Both the position numbers and the translations under genes were made by a program. Under the pieces are notes generated by a model that saw only the letters and a program-made list of their open reading frames with translations, searched no databases and was not told the origin of the DNA. A stretch of 64,000 nucleotides of DNA from the IMG/VR virus record IMGVR_UViG_3300013126_000011. One strand, written 5' to 3'. Of this stretch, positions 38,957 to 48,735 are shown in pieces (within the stretch, counting starts at the first letter, position 1; every line of letters starts with the position of its first letter). Source of the stretch: a virus.

Positions 38957-41020
38957 ATGCCAAAGTATGTTCCAACAAAAGCAGAGATTCAGAAAGAGAT
39001 AATTCGTTGCGGTAACGATCCAAGCTATTTTCTTAAAAATTACGTAAAGATCGTTCACCCAACCAAGGGTCTAGTGCCATTTCTTCTCTACCCGTTTCAG
39101 GAAGAGACTTTAAAAAAGTTTGAAGATCATAGATTCAACATCGTTCTGAAATCAAGACAGATGGGTCTGTCAACATTAACATCTGCTTATGTGGCTTGGT
39201 TTATGTTGTTTCAGAAGAACCGAAACATTCTTGGTATAGCAACCAAATTGTCTGTTGCTGTCAACCTTGTAAGAAAAGTCAAGACAATCTTTTCAAATCT
39301 TCCAGGTTGGTTAGTTGATAATACGGCACAGATTTCTGTTGACAATAAGCAATCTTTGGAACTAACAAATGGTTCTCGATTTGTTGCTTCTGCCAAATCT
39401 GAAGATGCTGGTCGTTCTGAAGCTCTGTCGTTGTTGGTAGTTGACGAGTGTGTTGCCGGAAGTACAAAAGTAACTGTTCGAAGCAAAAAGACTGGCGAGA
39501 TCAGAGAAATCGAAATTCAAGAGCTATACGATTTGTATACGATCAAAAGTATAACAGAGTGGGAAGTCTTAACGCCTTCTGGTTGGAGTATTTTTTCTGG
39601 TGTCAAGAAAGTCTCTAAAAAGTGTTTTTATCGTATCAATACCACTAGAGGCGAGTTAGTTTGCTCTTATGAGCATAAACTTAAAATTTATGATGGTCGC
39701 TTTATGGCAGCTAATAAATTGCAAGTTGGTCAACTTCTATCTGAACAAGTAGAAATATTAGAGATTAAATATTTTGAAGAGGACATCGAGCTTTATGATC
39801 TGCTTGAAGTCGAAAAAGATCATGAATTTTATGCAAATGGAATTGTAAGTTCGAATTGCGCACACATCGAAGGTATGTCTGATATATGGACTTCGATTGG
39901 TCCTACAATCACATTGGGTGGTCGATGCATTGCTCTTAGTTCTCCCAATGGTGCTCAAGGTTGGTTCTACAAGTATTACGTTGACGGTGAGGCTGGAAGA
40001 AACGATTTTTGTGCAACCAAGTTACATTGGCGATTGCATCCTGATCGTGATGATGAGTGGTTTGAAAAAGAAACTCGCAATATGTCAAAACGCGAGGTAT
40101 CTCAAGAGTATTCATGCGGATTTTTATCTTCTGGTGCCACGCTCATTGATGGTGAAGATATCAAGAGAATGGAAGATTCGCAAGTACGCGATCCTGTTGA
40201 ACGAATTGCTTTTGACAGAAACTTGTGGATCTGGCAACATTACGATCCTGTTGCAAATTATTTGATTTCCGCTGACGTTGCCAGAGGTGACGGAGAAGAC
40301 TATTCTGTTTTTCATATTCTCCGATTGGATACGATGGAAGTGATCGGAGAATATCAAGGGAAATTAACTCCAGATCTCTTTGCAGATCTGTTAGCAAATA
40401 CTGGCAGAATGTATGGTGGCTGCATGATCGTTGTTGAGAATAATAACTTGGGTTGGATGGTGGCGAACAGGCTTAAAGATGCAATTCAATACAAGAATCT
40501 GTATTATGAATTAAAAGGCACTCACGATCACGTTGATCCAATCAGAGCCTCAAGAAACGATAAGGCTCATTGTGGCTTCAATACTGCTCCAAACGGTTTG
40601 GGCAATAGAACACACATTCTTGGTAAGCTGGAAGAGTTTGTTCGAAACAGGCAGATAACAATTCGTTCTGTACGTTTATTGAACGAAATGAAGACCTTCA
40701 TCTACAAAGAGACTGGCAAAGCAGAAGCAGCAAAAGGATATAACGACGATCTTGTAATGGCTCTGGCAATTGCTTGTTGGGTACGCGAGACAGCATTAAC
40801 ACAAAATGTAAAAGAATTGGCATATGCGAAAGCTCTATTGACTTCTATCTATGTATCTACAGCAACGATGGATACGAGAATTGAAGGACAAATTGGGTAT
40901 GGTTCTGGTCATGACTCGAAAGAGATAATGCAGAAGAGAAAAGAAGCCAGAGGACAACTTGATATATCAAAAGATGAAGTTATTCCAGGCGGCATGATGT
41001 TTCCAGTTTTTGTTGGATAG
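38957..41020 (+). CDS. terminase large subunit (gp17-like) with mini-intein
   Basis: KSRQMGLST (Walker A), LLVVDE (Walker B), SSPNG, ADVARG and NDDLVMA nuclease motifs. Confidence 0.95.
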   Translation: MPKYVPTKAEIQKEIIRCGNDPSYFLKNYVKIVHPTKGLVPFLLYPFQEETLKKFEDHRFNIVLKSRQMGLSTLTSAYVAWFMLFQKNRNILGIATKLSVAVNLVRKVKTIFSNLPGWLVDNTAQISVDNKQSLELTNGSRFVASAKSEDAGRSEALSLLVVDECVAGSTKVTVRSKKTGEIREIEIQELYDLYTIKSITEWEVLTPSGWSIFSGVKKVSKKCFYRINTTRGELVCSYEHKLKIYDGRFMAANKLQVGQLLSEQVEILEIKYFEEDIELYDLLEVEKDHEFYANGIVSSNCAHIEGMSDIWTSIGPTITLGGRCIALSSPNGAQGWFYKYYVDGEAGRNDFCATKLHWRLHPDRDDEWFEKETRNMSKREVSQEYSCGFLSSGATLIDGEDIKRMEDSQVRDPVERIAFDRNLWIWQHYDPVANYLISADVARGDGEDYSVFHILRLDTMEVIGEYQGKLTPDLFADLLANTGRMYGGCMIVVENNNLGWMVANRLKDAIQYKNLYYELKGTHDHVDPIRASRNDKAHCGFNTAPNGLGNRTHILGKLEEFVRNRQITIRSVRLLNEMKTFIYKETGKAEAAKGYNDDLVMALAIACWVRETALTQNVKELAYAKALLTSIYVSTATMDTRIEGQIGYGSGHDSKEIMQKRKEARGQLDISKDEVIPGGMMFPVFVG
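39449..39856 (+). mobile_element. mini-intein (136 aa) in terminase, immediately after Walker B
   Basis: VVDE|CVAGSTKV...CSYEHKL...LYDLLEVEKDHEFYANGIVSSN|CAHI; no endonuclease domain. Confidence 0.9.
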
Positions 41021-41030
41021 GAGAGGCTGA

Positions 41031-41825
41031 ATGCATTTATCGGAAAGCAAAATACGAGATCTGAAGCAAAAGTATCCGCAATTGGCAGATATGATTGATT
41101 ATATCTCGAAAAATGATCCGTCAGGCAATAACAAATATCTTGTTTGGATTTTGAAAGAATGGCAAGCCAGAACTGATAAGTCCGAGGAAAGTTTACGAGA
41201 AGTTATACGGTTTGTTAGAATTTTTCATGCCTTGATTAAAAAGAATGCGAAACGCGAGGGGGATGAGTTTGATATTTACAAGCTTCAATATTCAAAAAAA
41301 ATGGAATATTCACTGGGAGATAAATTAGAGCGCCTTGCTATAGCGCATCGCAAAAATCCACAATTGAAGGCAAAGCACAAGAAGATATACGTTGATGATA
41401 AAGGTAATCGAGTATTTCATATTGCAAGTCCCGGTTCTGCTAGAATTCTTGGTAAAGACGCGCATTGGTGCGTTGCTGGTTATGAAGACAGGGATAAATG
41501 GCATGCTTGCGCGGCATGGGAGTATATAACGGGCTTTGGAATGAGAATGTATATACTTCTTACGAGAGAAAGTAAAGCAATTTTGTGTATGTGCGGTAAG
41601 TCCAGTTATCAAAATGTTACAGATGTTTGCAAAGAACAGTTGAGTCACTTCTCTCCATATAAATGCGATAAACATGATGAACATGCAAAGCCTATGATTC
41701 TTACCGCACAGCACGTAGATCTTTGCGATTCTGATGATCCAATCAGAGAAAATCCAAAATTACTTGATATGATTAATGCTGTCATTAAGTATCATAATCA
41801 AAACGTTGATAAGAAAGAGATATAA
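41031..41825 (+). CDS. accessory protein between terminase and portal
   Basis: MHLSE start, DPSGNNKYLVW, ARILGKDAHWCVA (PcfJ-like WC motif, tentative); GGAGAGG SD. Confidence 0.6.
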   Translation: MHLSESKIRDLKQKYPQLADMIDYISKNDPSGNNKYLVWILKEWQARTDKSEESLREVIRFVRIFHALIKKNAKREGDEFDIYKLQYSKKMEYSLGDKLERLAIAHRKNPQLKAKHKKIYVDDKGNRVFHIASPGSARILGKDAHWCVAGYEDRDKWHACAAWEYITGFGMRMYILLTRESKAILCMCGKSSYQNVTDVCKEQLSHFSPYKCDKHDEHAKPMILTAQHVDLCDSDDPIRENPKLLDMINAVIKYHNQNVDKKEI

Positions 41826-41827
41826 AG

Positions 41828-43756
41828 ATGGCTACAAATACTCGCAATCCGTATAATAATGAGAATGAGCTATTCAAGAGATTAACGAGACTGTTCAGTG
41901 GTCCAATTATCAATCTCAAAGCTCAGACTTATCATGATCTAAAGCGAAAGCAACTTGATAAATACAAGTTCAAGAGTGCTTCAGGAAAGAGTTTCAAGAG
42001 AGCAGAGTACAACCCATTTGAGAGTATTCAGTTAGCACAACTAAGCAATCAAAACAGAACGAGCAGATATATTGATTATGATCAAATGGAGTATGAGCCA
42101 ATTATTGCTTCAGCATTGAATTTGTATATGGACAGCATTACATTTAGTACGGATATGAATGAAATGTTACGTATTCAATGTTCAAATGCTCAAATCAAAA
42201 GCGCATTACATACGTTATTTTATGATATTCTAAATATCGAATTAAATGGTTCCGGTTGGGTGCGAAGTACAATTAAATATGGTGATTTTTTCCTGTATCT
42301 CGATATCGATGAAAAGACTGGTATCCGAAATGCTATAGCTTTGCCAGCGCATGAAATCGAACGCCTTGAGGGCGAAGATCCAACCAATCCTAACTATGTG
42401 CAATATCAATGGAACTCTGGTGGTCTAACGTTTGAATCTTGGCAAATGGCACACTTCAGACTGCTTGGTAATGATAAGATGGCACCGTACGGTACGTCAA
42501 TATTAGAACCCGCACGGCGTATCTGGAGACAATTAAATTTGTTAGAAGATTACATGCTTTCATATCGTATTGTTCGTTCTTCCGGTCGAAGAGTCATTTA
42601 TCTTGATGTTGGACATATTGCTCCAGAAGACGTAGAACAGTACGTATTGAACGTTCAAAATGTAATGAAGAAGAATCAGGTACTAGATCAAACTTCTGGT
42701 CGATTCGATCTCCGTTACAATGCTCACTATGCAGTTGAAAATGATTTCTATGTTCCTATTCACGGTGATTCCAAGACGAGAATTGATGAACTAAACGGTT
42801 CGTCCTATAATGGCGGAATTGATGATGTAAAATATCTGAAAGACAAACTGTTTGCTGCTCTTCAAGTTCCTCAATCGTATTTGTTCAGAGGTGAAGGTGG
42901 CGATGAAGATAAGACCACCCTGGCAACAAAAGATGTAAGATTTGCTCAAACAGTATTGAGACTTCAGAAGAATTTCCTTTCGGAGCTTTATCTGATTGCA
43001 ATTGCTCATCTTTACGTTTTGGGATTCAGAGACAAAGATCTTATCGACTTCAAACTAAGCTTCAACAACCCTTCCAGAATTGCAGAGCTACAAGAACTTG
43101 AATATATGAAGACCAAGTTTGATGTTGGTGCTTCAGCTACAGAAAATATGTTCTCTCGACGTTATGTTGCCAAGAATATTTTTGCATTGTCTGAAGAAGA
43201 GTTTGAACGTAATCAAAGAGAACGTTACTATGATGCTGTACAAGATGCAGCCATTGCAGCTATTTCAGAAGGCGAAGAAGGTGGAATGGGTGGCGGATCT
43301 GGTGGAGATCTCTTTGGTGATATGGGTGGTGAAGGAGATGCAGATATTGACGAACTAACCGATGATGTAATGGGAGATGCGGGAGAAGGTGAAGCTGGAG
43401 GTGGAACAGATGAAGATTCAATGCTTCTTGCTGCACCAGCCAAGAGAGAAGAAACAACCACTCCAAGATCAAATGGCAAGATGTATCGACCAGAAGTTGT
43501 TGATAAGCGTTCAATTGGAGCAAGAGCAAGAAACATGAACGCTCAATGGGGCTCTTCCAGCACCAAGAACACAACTCGTAATGTTTGGAAGGGTTATCCA
43601 GAACTCAAGAGTCTTTCTCGTGGAATCGCTGAGAAGCAAGACACTAGTTATGAACGAGAAGAAACGGATCTTTTGCGAACTAGTGTTCAAACAAGAAGAT
43701 TGGTCGAAGCATTTGAAAAGAGAACAAAGAAGAATGAGAACGAAACAGCACAATAA
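41828..43756 (+). CDS. portal protein (gp20-like)
   Basis: YDQMEYEPIIASAL, KYGDFF, PYGTSILEPARRIWRQLNLLED, DDVKYLKDKLFAALQVP; Gly/acidic C-terminal tail. Confidence 0.93.
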   Translation: MATNTRNPYNNENELFKRLTRLFSGPIINLKAQTYHDLKRKQLDKYKFKSASGKSFKRAEYNPFESIQLAQLSNQNRTSRYIDYDQMEYEPIIASALNLYMDSITFSTDMNEMLRIQCSNAQIKSALHTLFYDILNIELNGSGWVRSTIKYGDFFLYLDIDEKTGIRNAIALPAHEIERLEGEDPTNPNYVQYQWNSGGLTFESWQMAHFRLLGNDKMAPYGTSILEPARRIWRQLNLLEDYMLSYRIVRSSGRRVIYLDVGHIAPEDVEQYVLNVQNVMKKNQVLDQTSGRFDLRYNAHYAVENDFYVPIHGDSKTRIDELNGSSYNGGIDDVKYLKDKLFAALQVPQSYLFRGEGGDEDKTTLATKDVRFAQTVLRLQKNFLSELYLIAIAHLYVLGFRDKDLIDFKLSFNNPSRIAELQELEYMKTKFDVGASATENMFSRRYVAKNIFALSEEEFERNQRERYYDAVQDAAIAAISEGEEGGMGGGSGGDLFGDMGGEGDADIDELTDDVMGDAGEGEAGGGTDEDSMLLAAPAKREETTTPRSNGKMYRPEVVDKRSIGARARNMNAQWGSSSTKNTTRNVWKGYPELKSLSRGIAEKQDTSYEREETDLLRTSVQTRRLVEAFEKRTKKNENETAQ

Positions 43757-44564
43757 GAAACGAAATACAGCCTTTCTATTTGAGGTTCTTGTTCGTGAAT
43801 ATACTAAGGCAGCGATGAACAAGGACGAGAGCTATAGAAAAGATCTGCTAAAGATCATTCAAGAGTCATTCAATAAGAAGACTTTGCTTGGACAAGAGCT
43901 TTATCTATATCGTCTACTATCAAAAGAGACTGGTGTATCTCGTAGGATTGCCGAGAAGTTTCTTGCTGAAGCCAAGCGTGTACGAGGCTTATTGAATCCT
44001 GGCATGCTTTATGCAGAACAATCGAAATTGCTTGCTGATATTCATGATCTTGAGACAAAAAAGAACAGTAGAATCATGGACAATTTTGTTCCAAACTACA
44101 AGAACTTAGCAACGATTGCTCAGATTTTTGGTAGAGCGCCAGTCATGACAGTAAAATCAAGGATTGTGCTGGAAGAAGCCGTAATTAAGACGATGACACA
44201 AAGCGAGAGAGTTTTGGAAGAATCGATTCTTGAGCCAGTTGATTCGTTGACATACAAGACGTTCTCAAAGAAATTTGAAGACACCTATGCTCCAAAGCTG
44301 CTCTCAGAACAAAAGCAACTATTGAACAAGCTGATCTTTTCGTTCACTGATAATGGAGTTGGATTCAAGGCTTATCTTAATGAAGAACTAGGAAGATTGA
44401 AGAACGCTTTGACTGCTGCGTTCAATGAAGAGAAAGACTCAGCAATGCTTGAGAATGCAAACAAAGTAACAAAGCTTGTTGAATCGTTTGCCAAGAAACC
44501 AATTGATGAAGAGATGTTGACAACTGTAATGCAAATTCAGGAGTTGGTTAAGGAGTTAGCGTAA
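43734..44564 (+). CDS. head-module protein (probable prohead core component)
   Basis: MRTKQHNKKRNTAFLFEVLVRE; directly after portal; contains LxE sites. Confidence 0.6.
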   Translation: MRTKQHNKKRNTAFLFEVLVREYTKAAMNKDESYRKDLLKIIQESFNKKTLLGQELYLYRLLSKETGVSRRIAEKFLAEAKRVRGLLNPGMLYAEQSKLLADIHDLETKKNSRIMDNFVPNYKNLATIAQIFGRAPVMTVKSRIVLEEAVIKTMTQSERVLEESILEPVDSLTYKTFSKKFEDTYAPKLLSEQKQLLNKLIFSFTDNGVGFKAYLNEELGRLKNALTAAFNEEKDSAMLENANKVTKLVESFAKKPIDEEMLTTVMQIQELVKELA

Positions 44565-44642
44565 TTGGCAATTTCCGACACAAAGCTAAGAAATTATATT
44601 GTGAAGGTTCTCTTGGAATTAACGAAGGATTTGGAACACTAA
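44565..44642 (+). CDS. 25-aa micro-ORF consisting of the N-terminal tag only
   Basis: TTG start right after the upstream stop, AAGGAG 9 nt upstream, stop overlaps the next ATG (TAATG); MAISDTKLRNYIVKVLLELTKDLEH. Confidence 0.55.
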   Translation: MAISDTKLRNYIVKVLLELTKDLEH

Positions 44643-45193
44643 TGCCAGCAACCATTCAAATAAGAGTCGGCAATAACAACAATGCCGAAGAACAAAAACC
44701 TGAAGTTGCACCATTGACGATTAAGCTCAATGCTCGAAAGACAATGGATGGCAATATTATGGTAAATGATCATACAGACGTTTATATCATGTTGATGCCA
44801 TCACAAAAGAAGGTTTTGACGTTCGCCAAAGAAGAATTCGGAGATCATGTTTACGACACACAGAATCGCTTGTTCAAATTCTTGACAGCGAAGGGTGTTA
44901 TTCTTCCAGATTCGATTCATGCGGGAAATATCTATAGTTCAATGGAAGCAACATATCCAGAATCATCAAAAGATTATGATCCTGCAAAGATGGTCTTGTT
45001 CATGATTGCCAAGTGGATTGAGGAAGAAAAACCCTATCTATCTTGGGGGCAATCATTAGAAGATGCTCAAGAAGAACAATTGCTTGAGCCTGATGCAGAG
45101 AATAGTACGGAATTGGGTGAGGTGCCACAAAAGGAACGAAAGGGTTCCATCAATGCATATACGTCAATGGGGCGTTATATGTACGGGATTTAA
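44642..45193 (+). CDS. hypothetical head-module protein
   Basis: ORF in the head operon; PDAENSTELGEVP tail. Confidence 0.7.
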   Translation: MPATIQIRVGNNNNAEEQKPEVAPLTIKLNARKTMDGNIMVNDHTDVYIMLMPSQKKVLTFAKEEFGDHVYDTQNRLFKFLTAKGVILPDSIHAGNIYSSMEATYPESSKDYDPAKMVLFMIAKWIEEEKPYLSWGQSLEDAQEEQLLEPDAENSTELGEVPQKERKGSINAYTSMGRYMYGI

Positions 45194-45207
45194 GGAGATA
45201 ACGATAG

Positions 45208-45915
45208 ATGATTAACGAACAGCAAAAAAGAGCAATTTTAGAGCCAGAGCAAGTATTCAATCCCGTTCCGTCTTTGCAAGAGCGCGTTGTTGTATTGGAA
45301 ACGGAAGAGGAAACAGCCGATCAAAAGGCGGCTTTGAATGCTGCCAATAGTCCTGATGCAGAAAATCCATTTGTGACAATTGAAGATTTAAATGGAATCA
45401 CTGGAAGCGCAGGCGATGTAAACTTGTTATTAGAGAATTTGATTTCATTATATACGTATCATAATATAGATGCCATTTCTTCTGGTTCTGCATTTGAGCT
45501 AGCAATTTTAAAAGATGGAAATTGGGGCTTCGTATCAGATTTTAACGAAGACTATAGTTTTATGTTTGTGTATGAGACTGGTTCTTCAGCGTCAATTCCG
45601 GTATATACTAGTAGTTTAGCTTTAATGGCTACTGATGTTTACATTAGAAACGCTGACGATACGTTCATATTTAATAATGATTCGTTTACCTTTTCTACTA
45701 TTCCGGTTTATTTGTCGGATGGTAGATGTATTGAAGTTGCAAAGGATCTTGATTGCACTGGCTCGTCTGAACAATTTTCAAAAGTCTATATAACAAGTCC
45801 AAATTGGGAAACGTTTACGTTATCTACGCTCTTGGCGAATATTCCGACAGCTGAAAATAAGAGAATTTATACGAACAACAGTATTTCTTTGGGATTTGAA
45901 CGAACTGTAGTTTAG
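45208..45915 (+). CDS. putative fibre/decoration protein
   Basis: DQKAALNAANSPDAENPFVTIEDL fibre-like motif and a beta-rich C-terminus; AAGGAG SD. Confidence 0.5.
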   Translation: MINEQQKRAILEPEQVFNPVPSLQERVVVLETEEETADQKAALNAANSPDAENPFVTIEDLNGITGSAGDVNLLLENLISLYTYHNIDAISSGSAFELAILKDGNWGFVSDFNEDYSFMFVYETGSSASIPVYTSSLALMATDVYIRNADDTFIFNNDSFTFSTIPVYLSDGRCIEVAKDLDCTGSSEQFSKVYITSPNWETFTLSTLLANIPTAENKRIYTNNSISLGFERTVV

Positions 45916-45927
45916 TGGAGTTCTTAT

Positions 45928-46149
45928 ATGAAGCTGGCAGAATTAATTCTTAAGAAGATGATTCGCGAAGCAGTTGAGGATGTCAAGAAAGATAGCGATC
46001 AAAAAGACTCTTGGCAGGCAATGAACGCGCTTGAATTATCAGAATATATGCAGGCTTTGAGAGCTAGGGTGCGATCTGAAGTGCAAGAGATTGAGCGGAT
46101 AAATCAACGTTTGCGAAAGTTAGGATATACAATTGATGGAAAACATTAA
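45928..46149 (+). CDS. small protein with N-terminal tag
   Basis: MKLAELILKKMIREAVE. Confidence 0.7.
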   Translation: MKLAELILKKMIREAVEDVKKDSDQKDSWQAMNALELSEYMQALRARVRSEVQEIERINQRLRKLGYTIDGKH

Positions 46150-47866
46150 AAGCCAGATAACAGATCAAGTAGCTGGCAAGTTTCTTCTGACAGAGTGGTT
46201 TGGTCTTTGTCCTGGCGGCGTTTGCCAAGATTTACTAACTGAAGCCGAGAAGCTTGATATCAAAAACAATAAAGCTGTTTATCTTACTGGCATTATGCAA
46301 AGAGCAGATGCCAAGAATGGTAATGGTCGAGTATATCCATATGAAACACTTAAGCGAGAGATGGACGTTTATCAGAAAATGATCAATGAACATCGAGCGT
46401 TAGGTGAGTGTGTTGATGGGGAAACAGAGTGCTTGACGAAGGATGGCTGGAAATCGATTGTTGACGTTAAAGAAAATGAAGAAATTTATACATTTAATGT
46501 CGACACGGAAGAAATGCAACTTCAGCCAGTCTTAATCAAGACTGAACGACTGCATCAAGGAAAAATGATTCATATTCATAACAAGAACAAGATTGATATG
46601 TTGCTCACTCCAGAGCATAAAATGATTTTGTGGGATCGATACGATAAGTCGTTTGAAATCACTGCTGGAGAGTTTGCTGAGAATTTCGAGACAGATTCGG
46701 GACTTCAACATTCATATTTTAGACGTGGCGGCATGAAGTGGAATGGAAAGCAAGCTGACACTGTTACAATTGGTTCTCATACGTATGATGCTGATCTTTG
46801 GGCAGCTTTTCTTGGTATTTATTTAGCAGAGGGTTTTACTTCTTATGACAAGAAAAATTGGGCAGAAGGTTGGAGAGTTTTTGTAGTTCAAACAAAAGAA
46901 GACACCAAAAATGAAATTCGAAAATTATTTAATGCATTATTCGCTAGCGAGAGAATTTATGAGACTACAAATAAAATTTCCAATAAGACTTCTTTTTCTG
47001 TTGTAAACAAAGACGTATTCGATTATGTAAGACCATTGGGGAAATCGTGGGAGAAATACATTCCAGAGGAAGTTAAAGAATGGGACGTTCGTAGACTTGA
47101 AATTTTGCTCGAATGGATGCTTAAGGGCGATGGCAGAAATCGACACAACAAAAAAGGCGAATTGATGAGGGAGTTGCACACAACTTCTTATCGATTAGCA
47201 AATGATGTGTCTGAAATCTTTCTGAAATTGGGTAGTGGTTCTGTAATGTCCGAGAGAACACAAAAAGATCGGATGATTGAGGGTAGGTTGATTGAAACCA
47301 AGAATTGTAGAAAATTGTACATTTCGTCTGAAAGTGTTACAAATCGTTCTTATTTTTATAAGAAATTTTTGAATATTAACGAAGTGGAATATGACGATAA
47401 TGTATACTGTGTAACGGTTGAGAACAAAACTTGGATTGCTCGTAAAAATGGTAGAATATTTATTACCCATAATTGTGATCACCCGACCTCAGAATTAGTC
47501 GAATTAAAAAATGCTTCTCATATGATCACAAGAACTTGGTGGAACGGAAAGGACGTTATGGGGACGCTTAAAGTGCTTTCCACGCCTTCCGGTAAAATTC
47601 TGGAAGCATTAGTGCGTGATGGCGTTCAGGTTGGAATCTCTTCCAGAGGTCTTGGAACGCTAACAGAAACCAGTGAAGGTTTGATGGTTGAAGATGATTT
47701 TGAGCTTGTTTGTTTTGATATTGTATCGGAACCATCAACTACCGGAGCTTTCATGAAGCCGACAATGTTGCATGAATCAAAAGTTCGTTTTAGCGACGTA
47801 TATACAAAAGCAGATCGAATTAATCGAATGATGATCAAAATTTTGAACGGAGTAAACAATAAATGA
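46133..47866 (+). CDS. prohead core protease (gp21-like) with LAGLIDADG intein
   Basis: NGNGRVYP, RALGE|...|CDHP, GISSRGLG, FDIVSEPST. Confidence 0.93.
   Translation: MMENIKSQITDQVAGKFLLTEWFGLCPGGVCQDLLTEAEKLDIKNNKAVYLTGIMQRADAKNGNGRVYPYETLKREMDVYQKMINEHRALGECVDGETECLTKDGWKSIVDVKENEEIYTFNVDTEEMQLQPVLIKTERLHQGKMIHIHNKNKIDMLLTPEHKMILWDRYDKSFEITAGEFAENFETDSGLQHSYFRRGGMKWNGKQADTVTIGSHTYDADLWAAFLGIYLAEGFTSYDKKNWAEGWRVFVVQTKEDTKNEIRKLFNALFASERIYETTNKISNKTSFSVVNKDVFDYVRPLGKSWEKYIPEEVKEWDVRRLEILLEWMLKGDGRNRHNKKGELMRELHTTSYRLANDVSEIFLKLGSGSVMSERTQKDRMIEGRLIETKNCRKLYISSESVTNRSYFYKKFLNINEVEYDDNVYCVTVENKTWIARKNGRIFITHNCDHPTSELVELKNASHMITRTWWNGKDVMGTLKVLSTPSGKILEALVRDGVQVGISSRGLGTLTETSEGLMVEDDFELVCFDIVSEPSTTGAFMKPTMLHESKVRFSDVYTKADRINRMMIKILNGVNNK
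46409..47473 (+). mobile_element. intein (355 aa) with LAGLIDADG homing endonuclease, in the prohead protease
   Basis: CVDGETECLT...LTPEHKM; FLGIYLAEG and LLEWMLKGDG blocks; VYCVTV...FITHN|C. Confidence 0.93.
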
Positions 47867-48171
47867 AATTAACTGAATCTCAATTAAAGCAAATTATTAG
47901 AGAGATCATCAAGGAAACTTGGAGAGATTTTCCATCTGACACTTATGCTAGCTCTGGCAACGGGCATTCTGTTAATAGAGAAGTAGATTGGCTTAAAAAT
48001 CAGCAAGATGCTAGTGCAAATGATGTTTCGTCTTGGCAAATCGTATCTTATGGAAAAAAGGTAGCCAAAGTGAATGCGTCGAACGAACGACAGGCTTTGC
48101 AAAAGTTCTTCGTGCAAAACAAGATCGATTTTAAAAATCAAAAACTATATGACGTGGTGCCAGCATCATGA
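47863..48171 (+). CDS. small protein with N-terminal tag
   Basis: MKLTESQLKQIIREIIKETWRD. Confidence 0.75.
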   Translation: MKLTESQLKQIIREIIKETWRDFPSDTYASSGNGHSVNREVDWLKNQQDASANDVSSWQIVSYGKKVAKVNASNERQALQKFFVQNKIDFKNQKLYDVVPAS

Positions 48172-48719
48172 AATTAACTGAAGCAGTATTAAAGAAAATC
48201 ATCCTTAAAGAGATTGCCGATCTTGATCTGCCTTTTGTAAATGAAGATGAGACAGTTCCGAATCCACAAATTGAACAGTGCATTGAAACATTGACTGATA
48301 CTTTGATCGATACATATGTTTCTCAGCATTCTGATTATCCAGGTGAATATGAGCATGAATCATTATCTGACAAGATTGAGCAGATTGTTCGCTCGCATGT
48401 TCAAGAAGCAATTCGACAAGTACAAGACTTTGCAAAGCATCATGGACCAAAAGAGTTTGCATTGGAGGAAGGATTTTTGGGATTTGGAAAGAAAGATCCG
48501 GCAGATAAGCTGCTGAAAGACCCTGGATTTAGAGCCGCTTGTCACAGTTTTAGACAGTCGCCTCCGGGTGAATTGGGAATGATTAGTCGAAAGATGCGAA
48601 TTGTAGCGGCACAAGTTTTATCTGATCAGGATATTGCTTTTACATCTGATGGCGAAGACGGCTTGGACATATTGGTGACTAAAGCCTATCAGCGATATGT
48701 TCGAGAAAATTCAATCTAA
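48168..48719 (+). CDS. protein with N-terminal tag and internal LxE sites
   Basis: MKLTEAVLKKIILKEI...FVNE...ALEEGFLG. Confidence 0.7.
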   Translation: MKLTEAVLKKIILKEIADLDLPFVNEDETVPNPQIEQCIETLTDTLIDTYVSQHSDYPGEYEHESLSDKIEQIVRSHVQEAIRQVQDFAKHHGPKEFALEEGFLGFGKKDPADKLLKDPGFRAACHSFRQSPPGELGMISRKMRIVAAQVLSDQDIAFTSDGEDGLDILVTKAYQRYVRENSI

Positions 48720-48735
48720 GAGAAACGAGGAAGAA

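Noticed and set aside
43270-43420. GGT/GGA-rich low-complexity tract as a DNA repeat element
   Set aside because: It encodes the Gly/acidic disordered tail of the portal and has no regular repeat unit.
43644-43650. CTAGTTA inside the portal gene (also at ~8604) as a late promoter
   Set aside because: Spacing to the next start does not fit the 28-34 nt pattern, and chance matches are expected in AT-rich DNA.
43581-43733. Long upstream extension of ORF 43581 overlapping the portal gene
   Set aside because: The ATG at 43734 gives a short overlap typical of this genome; the extension is probably incidental.
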